Source: Escherichia phage BP32. From it: 64,000 bases of DNA. Below the pieces are notes generated by a model that saw nothing but the letters and a program-made list of their open reading frames with translations, was not told where the DNA came from and did not search any database. The stretch is from sequence record OR906198.1. One strand, given 5' to 3'. The position numbers and the translations under genes were made by a program. Below, piece by piece: positions 17,290 to 26,064 of the stretch (position 1 is the first letter of the stretch; each line of letters starts with the position of its first letter).

Positions 17290-17463
17290 ATGAACACCCA
17301 GACTTCTGAAATAGATTATAATAAAATTCGTTCCTCTAAAGTAGAAATGATGAGACGTTTTAAAGAGTCTCATGATAAAGCTAAAGCAGAAGGAACTATA
17401 ACATATAAGCGTATAAAATTTAGAAGCTCTAATGAGCCTCTGTATGGCGTATTATGTGGATAG
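17290..17463 (+). CDS. hypothetical small protein (57 aa)
   Basis: Hand-translated ORF MNTQTSEIDYNKIRSS...; stop codon lies in a GC hairpin at 17462-17477. Confidence 0.35.
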   Translation: MNTQTSEIDYNKIRSSKVEMMRRFKESHDKAKAEGTITYKRIKFRSSNEPLYGVLCG

Positions 17464-17481
17464 GAGCCTCGGCTCCTATAT

Positions 17482-17505
17482 TGCTTTATAAATTTTTGGT
17501 AAAAT
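17482..17505 (+). promoter_or_regulatory. candidate MotA-dependent middle promoter for alpha-gt
   Basis: MotA-box-like TTGCTTTA about 13 bp upstream of TAAAAT. Confidence 0.45.
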
Positions 17506-17529
17506 AAACCAAAACAATGAGGATATTAA

Positions 17530-18732
17530 ATGAAAGTATGCATTTTTATGGCTCGAGGTCTTGAAGGTTGTGGTGTAACTAAATTTTCTCTTGAGCAACG
17601 TGATTGGTTTATTAAAAATGGTCATGAAGTAACTTTGGTTTATGCTAAAGATAAATCATTTACTCGTAATTGCGCGCATGATTATAAGTCATTTTCAATT
17701 CCAGTTTTATTGGCAAAAGAATACGATAAAACACTTAAGCTGGTAAATGATTGTGATATTCTAATTATCAATTCAGTTCCTGCTACTTCAGTAGAAGAAG
17801 ACACTATTAATAACTATAAAAAAATTATTGATAACATTAAACCTTCGGTTCGTGTTGTAGTTTATCAGCATGACCATTCTTCTCTTTCTTTGCGCCGAAA
17901 TTTGGGATTAGAAGAAACTGTTCGTCGAGCTGATGTTATTTTTAGCCATTCTGATAATGGTGATTTTAATAAAGTTCTGATGAAAGAATGGTATCCGGAA
18001 ACTGTTTCTCTGTTTGATGATATTGAAGAAGCACCGACCGTATATAACTTTCAGCCTCCTATGGATATTGCGAAGGTTCGATCAACCTACTGGAAAGATG
18101 TTTCTGAAATTAACATGAATATCAACCGTTGGATTGGTCGTACTACTACATGGAAAGGCTTTTATCAGATGTTTGATTTTCACGAAAAACATCTTAAACC
18201 TGCAGGACTAAGTACTATTATGGAAGGTCTGGAACGTTCTCCAGCTTTCATTCCTATTAAAGAAAAAGGAATTCCATACGAGTATTATCGTCTTCATCAA
18301 GTAGACCAAATTAAAATTGCTCCTAATTTGCCGACGCAAATTCTCGACCGTTATGTAAATAGCGAAATGCTTGAACGCATGAGTAAATCCGGATTTGGTT
18401 ATCAGCTGAGTAAGTTGGACAAAAAATATCTACAACGTTCTTTAGAATATACTCATCTCGAGCTTGGTGCATGTGGAACAATTCCGGTATTTTGGAAATC
18501 TACGGGCGAAAATTTAAAATTCCGTGTTGATAACACTCCGTTAATTTCTCATGATAGCGGTATCGTTTGGTTTGATGAAAATGACATGGAATCAACATTT
18601 GAACGTATTAAAGAACTGTCATCTGACCGAGCTCTTTATGACCGCGAACGTGAAAAAGCTTATGAATTTTTGTATCAGCATCAAGATTCAAGCTTCTGCT
18701 TTAAAGAACAGTTTGACATTATTACAAAATAA
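17530..18732 (+). CDS. agt: DNA alpha-glucosyltransferase
   Basis: 400 aa; near-identical to my recall of T4 alpha-gt (CIFMARGLEGCGVTKFSLEQRDWFIKNGHEV...). Confidence 0.9.
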   Translation: MKVCIFMARGLEGCGVTKFSLEQRDWFIKNGHEVTLVYAKDKSFTRNCAHDYKSFSIPVLLAKEYDKTLKLVNDCDILIINSVPATSVEEDTINNYKKIIDNIKPSVRVVVYQHDHSSLSLRRNLGLEETVRRADVIFSHSDNGDFNKVLMKEWYPETVSLFDDIEEAPTVYNFQPPMDIAKVRSTYWKDVSEINMNINRWIGRTTTWKGFYQMFDFHEKHLKPAGLSTIMEGLERSPAFIPIKEKGIPYEYYRLHQVDQIKIAPNLPTQILDRYVNSEMLERMSKSGFGYQLSKLDKKYLQRSLEYTHLELGACGTIPVFWKSTGENLKFRVDNTPLISHDSGIVWFDENDMESTFERIKELSSDRALYDREREKAYEFLYQHQDSSFCFKEQFDIITK

Positions 18733-18752
18733 AGGGCTTCGGCCCTTTAGCT
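18731..18752 (+). terminator. rho-independent terminator after alpha-gt
   Basis: AAAGGGC-TTCG-GCCCTTT hairpin; T-run interrupted. Confidence 0.6.
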
Positions 18753-18771
18753 TTATACGGAGTTTGATATA

Positions 18772-18912
18772 ATGATATTCCTTGGATATGTGATACTTTT
18801 TCTAGCGTTTTATCTATTCACTAGAGCATGTTGGATTGGGTTCTTTAGCACCCCAGATGGATTTATTTCAATAATTTTATTTTGCATTTCAATGACGGTT
18901 CTTGATATATGA
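18772..18912 (+). CDS. small hydrophobic peptide (46 aa)
   Basis: Hand-translated ORF MIFLGYVILFLAFYLF...; ATGA overlap with the downstream GIY-YIG gene. Confidence 0.3.
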   Translation: MIFLGYVILFLAFYLFTRACWIGFFSTPDGFISIILFCISMTVLDI

Positions 18913-19532
18913 AAAAATATATAACTTATTTAACAATATATAGTGGAGATAAACTTCCTCCTTTTTATATTGGATCTACATCTTTAGATAGGCATTTAGC
19001 CGGATATCATGGATCAGTTTTATCTAAAAAGTATAAGAAAATTTATAATGAAGAACTTTCAAATAACCCACATTTATTTGATTCATGCATTTTAGATGAA
19101 TTTGATACGCGCGAAGAAGCTATTAAATGCGAGCTATATTATCAACGTTTGCATGATGCGGTTAAAAATCCATTATTCTTTAATATGTCATATGCTGCTC
19201 CAAAAGGTTCATTTGGAAGAGATATTAAAGGACAAAATCATCCATTATATGGTTCTCATAATTGTAAAGGAAACATACATTCACATGACCCATTAACAGG
19301 AAAATCTGCCTTTTTACCGTATATTCCAGAAGGTTATGTAAAAGGAAGGTCAAATAAATTTAAAGCTTCATCACATAATAAAGGTAAAAAATGGTATAAT
19401 AACGGAGTTAAGCAAATGTTATGTCATGAACCTCCTGGTCCTGAATGGACAAAGGGAAAAATTAAAGAACTAGTTTCAAAAGCAGCTAAATTAGGATGGA
19501 AAAGACACCATGAAAATACTAAACTTGGGTGA
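18909..19532 (+). CDS. GIY-YIG family endonuclease, seg-like (putative homing endonuclease)
   Basis: N-terminal YITYLTIYSGDKLPPFYIGSTS ... R ... E ... N resembles the GIY-(x8-11)-YIG catalytic module; C-terminal KKWYNNG resembles NUMOD-type DNA-binding motifs of T4 Seg proteins. Confidence 0.6.
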   Translation: MKKYITYLTIYSGDKLPPFYIGSTSLDRHLAGYHGSVLSKKYKKIYNEELSNNPHLFDSCILDEFDTREEAIKCELYYQRLHDAVKNPLFFNMSYAAPKGSFGRDIKGQNHPLYGSHNCKGNIHSHDPLTGKSAFLPYIPEGYVKGRSNKFKASSHNKGKKWYNNGVKQMLCHEPPGPEWTKGKIKELVSKAAKLGWKRHHENTKLG

Positions 19533-20529
19533 TTGGCATTTAGGCGTTAAAGCTGATGATGAGTGGATTCGCGGTATTCAAATTGATGGAATTAAGCAAG
19601 CGATAGAATATTCTAAGAAAAATGGAATTACGGTATGGATTCAATACGGTGATATTTTTGATGTACGAAAAGCGATCACGCATAAAACTATGGAGTTTGC
19701 TCGTGAAATAGTTCAAATGCTTGATGGCGCTGGAATCACATTACATACTATTGTAGGAAATCACGATCTCCACTATAAAAATGTAATGCATCCAAACGCT
19801 TCTACTGAGCTTTTGGCTAAATATCCTAATGTTAAAGTATATGATAAGCCTACTACAGTAGATTTTGACGGATGTTTGATTGATTTAATTCCTTGGATGT
19901 GTGAAGAAAATACTGGTGAAATTCTTGAACACATCAAAACTTCATCTGCTTCTTTTTGTGTTGGTCACTGGGAGCTGAATGGATTTTATTTTTATAAAGG
20001 AATGAAATCTCACGGTCTTGAACCTGATTTCCTTAAGACTTATAAAGAGGTTTGGTCTGGTCACTTCCATACTATCTCTGAGGCTGCTAACGTCAAATAT
20101 ATTGGGACACCATGGACACTAACTGCAGGTGACGAGAATGACCCTCGCGGGTTCTGGATGTTTGATACAGAAACAGAACGAATGGAATTTATTCCAAACA
20201 ACACTACCTGGCATCGTCGAATTCAATATCCATTTAAGGGAAAAATTGACTATAAAGATTTTACAAATCTATCAGTACGTGTTATAGTAACTGAGGTAGA
20301 CAAAAATCTGACGAAGTTCGAATCTGAACTAGAAAAAGTTGTGCATTCATTACGAGTTGTGTCAAAGATTGATAACTCTGTTGAGTCAGATGATAGTGAA
20401 GAAGTTGAAGTTCAATCTCTTCAGACGTTGATGGAAGAATATATTAATGCAATTCCAGACATCACTGATTCTGATCGCGAAGCACTTATTCAATATGCAA
20501 ATCAGTTATATGTAGAGGCAACACAATGA
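19510..20529 (+). CDS. 47: recombination nuclease subunit gp47 (Mre11-like)
   Basis: 339 aa; phosphoesterase motifs GDWHLG, GNHD; matches my recall of T4 gp47. Confidence 0.9.
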   Translation: MKILNLGDWHLGVKADDEWIRGIQIDGIKQAIEYSKKNGITVWIQYGDIFDVRKAITHKTMEFAREIVQMLDGAGITLHTIVGNHDLHYKNVMHPNASTELLAKYPNVKVYDKPTTVDFDGCLIDLIPWMCEENTGEILEHIKTSSASFCVGHWELNGFYFYKGMKSHGLEPDFLKTYKEVWSGHFHTISEAANVKYIGTPWTLTAGDENDPRGFWMFDTETERMEFIPNNTTWHRRIQYPFKGKIDYKDFTNLSVRVIVTEVDKNLTKFESELEKVVHSLRVVSKIDNSVESDDSEEVEVQSLQTLMEEYINAIPDITDSDREALIQYANQLYVEATQ

Positions 20530-20789
20530 CTTTTGATGAATTTAAAAATGTTATGATGAGTCAGCATTTTGAATGCGAAGTAAAAGATGATATTGGGCAT
20601 AAAGAAATTATTGAATATTGGTTTGAACCGTTAGAGGTTGAAGATAATTGTATTAAAAAGGTTACGGTCTGCACTGACTGGGCTGTATCTTTTAACTTCA
20701 ACATTTTAGATAATGACACACCTAAATCATTACAAGATATGGCTGTATCTTGTATTAAGGATGCATACTGTGAAGTTTTCGACATTTGA
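20526..20789 (+). CDS. hypothetical protein (87 aa)
   Basis: Track ORF; ATGA overlap with gene 47. Confidence 0.55.
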   Translation: MTFDEFKNVMMSQHFECEVKDDIGHKEIIEYWFEPLEVEDNCIKKVTVCTDWAVSFNFNILDNDTPKSLQDMAVSCIKDAYCEVFDI

Positions 20790-20976
20790 CATTAACGATG
20801 AATTCATAGCAAATATTGATTACACCGAAGAAGATTCTAGATATGTTGGAATAATTTATATCACATCAAAAGCAGCACAAGGTGTTGTTTGCATGGCTGA
20901 ATTTGATGAATACTTTTTAGATTATGATGATATGATAGAATGGTCTAAAAGATACATTAAAAGGAATCTTTTGTGA
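20761..20976 (+). CDS. hypothetical protein (71 aa)
   Basis: In-frame ATG within track ORF 20713..20976; GTGA overlap with gene 46 start. Confidence 0.4.
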   Translation: MHTVKFSTFDINDEFIANIDYTEEDSRYVGIIYITSKAAQGVVCMAEFDEYFLDYDDMIEWSKRYIKRNLL

Positions 20977-22655
20977 AGAATTTTAAACTAAACCGAGTTA
21001 GGTATCAAAATATAATGTCAGTAGGTGGAAATCCTATTGACATTCAATTAGATAAGGTTCAAAAAACTCTTATTACTGGACGAAATGGTGGTGGTAAGTC
21101 TACTATGTTAGAAGCCATCACATTTGGGCTTTTTGGCAAGCCATTTCGTGATGTAAAGAAAGGTCAATTAATAAACAGCACAAATAAGAAAGAGCTTTTA
21201 GTTGAACTGTGGATGGAATATGATGAGAAAAAGTACTATATCAAAAGAGGACAAAAACCAAATGTTTTCGAAATCACCGTTAACGGTACACGTCTTAATG
21301 AATCTGCCAGCAGTAAAGATTTCCAAGCAGAATTTGAACAGCTTATCGGAATGTCATACGCCAGTTTCAAACAGATCGTCGTACTCGGCACGGCTGGATA
21401 TACCCCTTTTATGGGCCTATCCACTCCTGCAAGAAGAAAACTCGTCGAAGACCTGCTCGAGGTAGGAACATTAGCTGAAATGGATAAGCTTAATAAAGCA
21501 CTAATACGTGAATTAAATTCACAAAACCAAGTGCTTGATGTTAAAAAAGATAGTATTATCCAACAAATTAAAATATATAATGATAATGTTGAACGCCAGA
21601 AAAAATTGTCTGGTGACAATCTTACTCGTCTGCAGAATATGTATGATGATTTGGCAAAGGAAGCTAGAACGCTAAAATCGGAAATAGAAGAAGCTAATGA
21701 AAGATTAGTTAATATTGTTTTAGATGAAGACCCGACTGATGCATTTAATAAAATCGGTCAAGAAGCATTTTTAATTAAATCAAAAATTGACTCGTATAAT
21801 AAAGTCATTAATATGTATCACGAAGGTGGATTATGTCCAACCTGTTTGTCACAATTAAGTTCCGGTGATAAAGTTGTTTCTAAAATTAAAGATAAAGTTT
21901 CTGAATGCACCCATTCGTTTGAACAGCTTTCAACACATCGTGATAATTTAAAAGTTCTTGTTGATGAATACCGAGATAATATTAAAACCCAGCAGACGTT
22001 GGCGAATGATATTCGCAATAAAAAGCAATCCTTAATCACGACAGTAGATAAAGCTAAAAAGGTTAAAGCGGCTATAGAAAAAGCATCATCCGAGTTTATT
22101 GACCATGCTGATGAAATAGCACTGCTTCAAGAAGAACTTGATAAAATTGTTAAGACAAAAACTAATTTAGTAATGGAAAAATACCATAGAGGAATTTTGA
22201 CTGATATGCTCAAAGATTCTGGTATTAAAGGTGCTATTATTAAAAAGTACATTCCATTATTTAATAAGCAAATTAACCATTATCTTAAAATAATGGAAGC
22301 GGATTATGTGTTTACATTAGATGAAGAATTTAATGAGACAATTAAATCCCGTGGTCGTGAAGATTTTAGTTATGCTTCATTTAGTGAAGGTGAAAAAGCA
22401 CGAATTGATATTGCTCTTTTATTTACTTGGCGTGATATTGCTTCTATCGTATCTGGGGTTAGTATTAGTACATTAATTCTTGATGAAGTGTTTGACGGGT
22501 CATTTGATGCCGAAGGTATTAAAGGTGTAGCTAATATTATAAATTCAATGAAAAATACTAATGTTTTTATAATTTCGCATAAAGACCATGACCCGCAAGA
22601 ATATGGTCAACATCTTCAAATGAAGAAAGTTGGTCGATTTACTGTAATGGTTTAA
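20973..22655 (+). CDS. 46: recombination nuclease subunit gp46 (Rad50-like ATPase)
   Basis: 560 aa; Walker A GRNGGGKST; central coiled coil with CPTC zinc hook; matches my recall of T4 gp46. Confidence 0.9.
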   Translation: MKNFKLNRVRYQNIMSVGGNPIDIQLDKVQKTLITGRNGGGKSTMLEAITFGLFGKPFRDVKKGQLINSTNKKELLVELWMEYDEKKYYIKRGQKPNVFEITVNGTRLNESASSKDFQAEFEQLIGMSYASFKQIVVLGTAGYTPFMGLSTPARRKLVEDLLEVGTLAEMDKLNKALIRELNSQNQVLDVKKDSIIQQIKIYNDNVERQKKLSGDNLTRLQNMYDDLAKEARTLKSEIEEANERLVNIVLDEDPTDAFNKIGQEAFLIKSKIDSYNKVINMYHEGGLCPTCLSQLSSGDKVVSKIKDKVSECTHSFEQLSTHRDNLKVLVDEYRDNIKTQQTLANDIRNKKQSLITTVDKAKKVKAAIEKASSEFIDHADEIALLQEELDKIVKTKTNLVMEKYHRGILTDMLKDSGIKGAIIKKYIPLFNKQINHYLKIMEADYVFTLDEEFNETIKSRGREDFSYASFSEGEKARIDIALLFTWRDIASIVSGVSISTLILDEVFDGSFDAEGIKGVANIINSMKNTNVFIISHKDHDPQEYGQHLQMKKVGRFTVMV

Positions 22656-22710
22656 TTTATAAGAGATTATGCTTTAATTTATTAGAGTATAATCTCTATG
22701 GAGGAAAAAC

Positions 22711-22899
22711 ATGGAATATTCAACTGGACAGCATCTATTAACTATTCCTGAAATAAAACGATATATTCTGAGAAATAATTTTTCTAATGAAGAGCATATA
22801 GTTACTGAATCTATGCTTAAGAATGCATTTAAAGCAGAATATACGAAAATAATGTCCAACAGAAATGAAGCTTGGACTGTTACTGATTATTATGACTAA
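22711..22899 (+). CDS. hypothetical protein (62 aa)
   Basis: Track ORF; RBS GGAGGAAAAAC upstream. Confidence 0.55.
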   Translation: MEYSTGQHLLTIPEIKRYILRNNFSNEEHIVTESMLKNAFKAEYTKIMSNRNEAWTVTDYYD

Positions 22900-22908
22900 A
22901 GGTGTATT

Positions 22909-23298
22909 ATGACTAAAATTACTGTGAATTATACTGTTGATGTAAAAGATATTCAGCCAAAACACGTGCGTTCTGAATCAAATCCACAAAACCAAAATAA
23001 AATTCGTCGAGCATGGGTTTTGTCTCTTTCTGATAACGCGATGGAAGTTATTCAGAACAAAATTAAATCTGCACCTGCTCGTCATGCGTATTATGAAGCT
23101 ATCGATCGTGAAGTGAGTGATAAATGGATTGAACTGATGCGCAAACATACGACAGAATCTCTAAACGCTGGTGCTAAATTTATTATGACTTCATGTGGTG
23201 AACGCCTTGAAGATGATTATTGCGGTAATGCAGATGAACGTCTAATTGTTGCTGCTCAAATTGTTGCGGAAACAATTGCTGCTGATTTTAATCGTTAA
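22909..23298 (+). CDS. rpbA: RNA polymerase-binding protein RpbA
   Basis: 129 aa; position between 46 and 45 and length match T4 rpbA. Confidence 0.75.
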   Translation: MTKITVNYTVDVKDIQPKHVRSESNPQNQNKIRRAWVLSLSDNAMEVIQNKIKSAPARHAYYEAIDREVSDKWIELMRKHTTESLNAGAKFIMTSCGERLEDDYCGNADERLIVAAQIVAETIAADFNR

Positions 23299-23322
23299 TT
23301 GCTTTATTAAATTAGTTATAAA
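23299..23322 (+). promoter_or_regulatory. candidate MotA-dependent middle promoter for gene 45
   Basis: MotA-box-like TTGCTTTA about 12 bp upstream of TATAAA. Confidence 0.45.
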
Positions 23323-23353
23323 ATTAAATCTCATTTGAATTGAAGGAAATTAC

Positions 23354-24040
23354 ATGAAACTGTCTAAAGATACTACTGCTCTGCTTAAAAATTTCGCTAC
23401 TATTAACTCTGGTATTATGCTTAAATCCGGTCAATTTATTATGACTCGCGCGGTTAATGGTACAACTTATGCGGAAGCAAATATTTCTGACACTATTGAT
23501 TTTGATGTAGCAATTTACGATTTGAACGGTTTTCTCGGTATTCTGTCTCTAGTTAATGATGATGCAGAAATTTCCCAGTCAGAAGATGGTAATATTAAAA
23601 TTGCTGATGCCCGTTCAACAATTTTTTGGCCAGCAGCCGATCCGAGTACAGTAGTTGCTCCTAATAAACCAATTCCATTCCCGGTAGCATCTGTTGTTAC
23701 TGAAATTAAAGCTGAAGACCTTCAACAGCTATTGCGTGTATCTCGTGGTCTGCAGATTGATACAATTGCTATCACAGTAAAAGAAGGTAAAATCGTAATT
23801 AACGGTTTTAATAAAGTAGAAGATTCTGCTTTGACTCGTGTTAAATATTCTTTGACTCTTGGTGATTATGATGGTGAAAATACATTTAATTTCATTATCA
23901 ATATGGCAAATATGAAAATGCAACCAGGAAATTATAAACTGCTGCTCTGGGCAAAAGGTAAACAAGGCGCTGCTAAATTTGAAGGTGAACATGCGAATTA
24001 TGTAGTAGCTCTTGAAGCTGATTCTACCCACGACTTTTAA
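23354..24040 (+). CDS. 45: sliding clamp gp45
   Basis: 228 aa; matches my recall of T4 gp45 (MKLSKDTTALLKNFATINSGIMLKSG...). Confidence 0.92.
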   Translation: MKLSKDTTALLKNFATINSGIMLKSGQFIMTRAVNGTTYAEANISDTIDFDVAIYDLNGFLGILSLVNDDAEISQSEDGNIKIADARSTIFWPAADPSTVVAPNKPIPFPVASVVTEIKAEDLQQLLRVSRGLQIDTIAITVKEGKIVINGFNKVEDSALTRVKYSLTLGDYDGENTFNFIINMANMKMQPGNYKLLLWAKGKQGAAKFEGEHANYVVALEADSTHDF

Positions 24041-24041
24041 T

Positions 24042-24066
24042 AAAGGGCTTCGGCCCTTTATAATTT
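24042..24066 (+). terminator. rho-independent terminator after gene 45
   Basis: AAAGGGC-TTCG-GCCCTTT hairpin followed by A/T-rich stretch. Confidence 0.65.
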
Positions 24067-24091
24067 ACACTAAAACTTGAATGAGGAAATT

Positions 24092-25051
24092 ATGATTACT
24101 GTAAATGAAAAAGAACACATTCTTGAACAGAAATATCGTCCATCTACTATCGATGAATGTATTCTTCCCGCCTTTGATAAAGAAACCTTTAAATCTATTA
24201 CAAGTAAAGGTAAGATTCCACATATTATTCTTCATTCTCCTTCTCCAGGAACAGGTAAAACAACCGTAGCAAAAGCATTGTGTCATGATGTAAATGCTGA
24301 TATGATGTTTGTGAATGGCTCAGATTGTAAAATTGATTTCGTTCGCGGTCCTTTGACCAATTTTGCTAGCGCAGCTTCATTTGATGGTCGTCAAAAAGTA
24401 ATCGTTATTGATGAATTTGACCGTTCAGGGTTAGCAGAGTCTCAGCGACATCTTCGTTCCTTTATGGAAGCTTATAGTTCAAACTGTAGTATTATTATTA
24501 CTGCTAACAATATTGATGGTATTATTAAACCACTTCAGTCACGCTGTCGAGTTATTACATTCGGTCAACCGACCGATGAAGATAAAATTGAAATGATGAA
24601 GCAGATGATTCGTCGATTGACTGAAATCTGTAAGCATGAAGGAATTGCTATAGCTGATATGAAAGTTGTAGCAGCTTTGGTTAAAAAGAATTTTCCTGAT
24701 TTTCGTAAAACTATTGGTGAGCTCGATAGTTATTCATCTAAAGGTGTTTTGGATGCTGGTATTTTATCACTGGTTACTAACGATCGTGGTGCTATTGATG
24801 ATGTTCTTGAATCTCTCAAAAATAAAGATGTTAAACAGCTCAGAGCTTTAGCACCAAAATATGCAGCTGATTATTCGTGGTTCGTAGGTAAACTTGCCGA
24901 AGAAATCTATACACGTGTAACTCCACAGAGTATTATTCGTATGTATGAAATTGTTGGTGAAAATAACCAGTATCATGGAATTGCGGCTAATACGGAATTA
25001 CATTTAGCATATCTTTTCATTCAATTGGCATGCGAAATGCAGTGGAAGTGA
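24092..25051 (+). CDS. 44: clamp loader large subunit gp44
   Basis: 319 aa from [17 protein letters not shown]; Walker A GTGKTT; matches my recall of T4 gp44. Confidence 0.92.
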   Translation: MITVNEKEHILEQKYRPSTIDECILPAFDKETFKSITSKGKIPHIILHSPSPGTGKTTVAKALCHDVNADMMFVNGSDCKIDFVRGPLTNFASAASFDGRQKVIVIDEFDRSGLAESQRHLRSFMEAYSSNCSIIITANNIDGIIKPLQSRCRVITFGQPTDEDKIEMMKQMIRRLTEICKHEGIAIADMKVVAALVKKNFPDFRKTIGELDSYSSKGVLDAGILSLVTNDRGAIDDVLESLKNKDVKQLRALAPKYAADYSWFVGKLAEEIYTRVTPQSIIRMYEIVGENNQYHGIAANTELHLAYLFIQLACEMQWK

Positions 25052-25052
25052 T

Positions 25053-25616
25053 ATGAGCTTATTTGAAGATGATATTCAATTAAACGAGCATCAAGTTGCT
25101 TGGTATTCAAAAGATTGGACAGCTGTCCAATCTGCTGCTGATTCTTTTAAAGAAAAAGTTGAAAATGAATTTTTTGAAATAATTGGAGCTATCAATAATA
25201 AAATTAAATGCTCTATTGCTCAAAAAGATTATTCAAAATACATGGTTGAGAATGCATTATCACAATTTCCGGAGTGCATGCCAGCTGTATATGCTATGAA
25301 TTTAATTGGATCAGGTTTAAGCGATGAAGCCCATTTTAATTATCTGATGGCTGCTGTTCCTCGGGGTAAAAGATATGGTAAATGGGCAAAACTGGTTGAA
25401 GATTCTACCGAAGTATTGATTATTAAGTTACTTGCTAAGCGGTATCAAGTTAATACAAATGATGCAATTAACTATAAATCAATTCTTACTAAAAATGGAA
25501 AACTTCCTTTAGTATTAAAAGAACTAAAAGGTTTAGTCACGGATGATTTTTTGAAAGAAGTGACTAAGAATGTAAAAGAACAGAAACAACTCAAAAAACT
25601 AGCATTGGAATGGTAA
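25053..25616 (+). CDS. 62: clamp loader small subunit gp62
   Basis: 187 aa; immediately downstream of 44, as in T4. Confidence 0.88.
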   Translation: MSLFEDDIQLNEHQVAWYSKDWTAVQSAADSFKEKVENEFFEIIGAINNKIKCSIAQKDYSKYMVENALSQFPECMPAVYAMNLIGSGLSDEAHFNYLMAAVPRGKRYGKWAKLVEDSTEVLIIKLLAKRYQVNTNDAINYKSILTKNGKLPLVLKELKGLVTDDFLKEVTKNVKEQKQLKKLALEW

Positions 25617-25617
25617 A

Positions 25618-25986
25618 ATGATTGAAATTACTCTTAAAAAACCTGAAGATTTTCTGAAAGTAAAAGAAACCTTGACTCGTATGGGAATTGCTAATAATAA
25701 AGATAAAGTTCTGTATCAGTCCTGCCACATTCTTCAGAAAAAAGGACTATACTATATCGTTCATTTTAAAGAAATGCTTCGTATGGATGGTCGTCAAGTT
25801 GAAATGACAGAAGAAGATGAAGTTCGTCGTGATTCGATTGCATGGCTGTTAGAAGATTGGGGACTGATTGAAATCGCTCCCGGTCAAAGAACTTTTATGA
25901 AAGATTTAACTAATAACTTCCGAGTTATTTCTTTTAAGCAAAAACATGAATGGAAACTCGTTCCTAAATATACGATTGGTAATTAA
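25618..25986 (+). CDS. regA: translational repressor RegA
   Basis: 122 aa; position and length match T4 regA; terminator follows. Confidence 0.88.
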   Translation: MIEITLKKPEDFLKVKETLTRMGIANNKDKVLYQSCHILQKKGLYYIVHFKEMLRMDGRQVEMTEEDEVRRDSIAWLLEDWGLIEIAPGQRTFMKDLTNNFRVISFKQKHEWKLVPKYTIGN

Positions 25987-25988
25987 GC

Positions 25989-26010
25989 AAGGGGCTTCGG
26001 CCCCTTATTT
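25989..26010 (+). terminator. rho-independent terminator after regA
   Basis: AAGGGGC-TTCG-GCCCCTT hairpin followed by ATTT. Confidence 0.65.
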
Positions 26011-26064
26011 GGAGTATAATATATCAAGAGCCTAATAACTCGGGCTATAAACTAAGGAATATCT

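Noticed and set aside
18551-18772. Plus-strand ORF of 73 aa overlapping the 3' end of alpha-gt
   Set aside because: Alternative frame inside the alpha-gt coding sequence with no RBS; a frame artefact.
21236-21619. Minus-strand ORF of 127 aa
   Set aside because: Lies entirely antisense within the well-supported gene 46 coding region, with no RBS; the same applies to other minus-strand track ORFs inside genes 43, 47, 39, 52, rIIA and uvsX.
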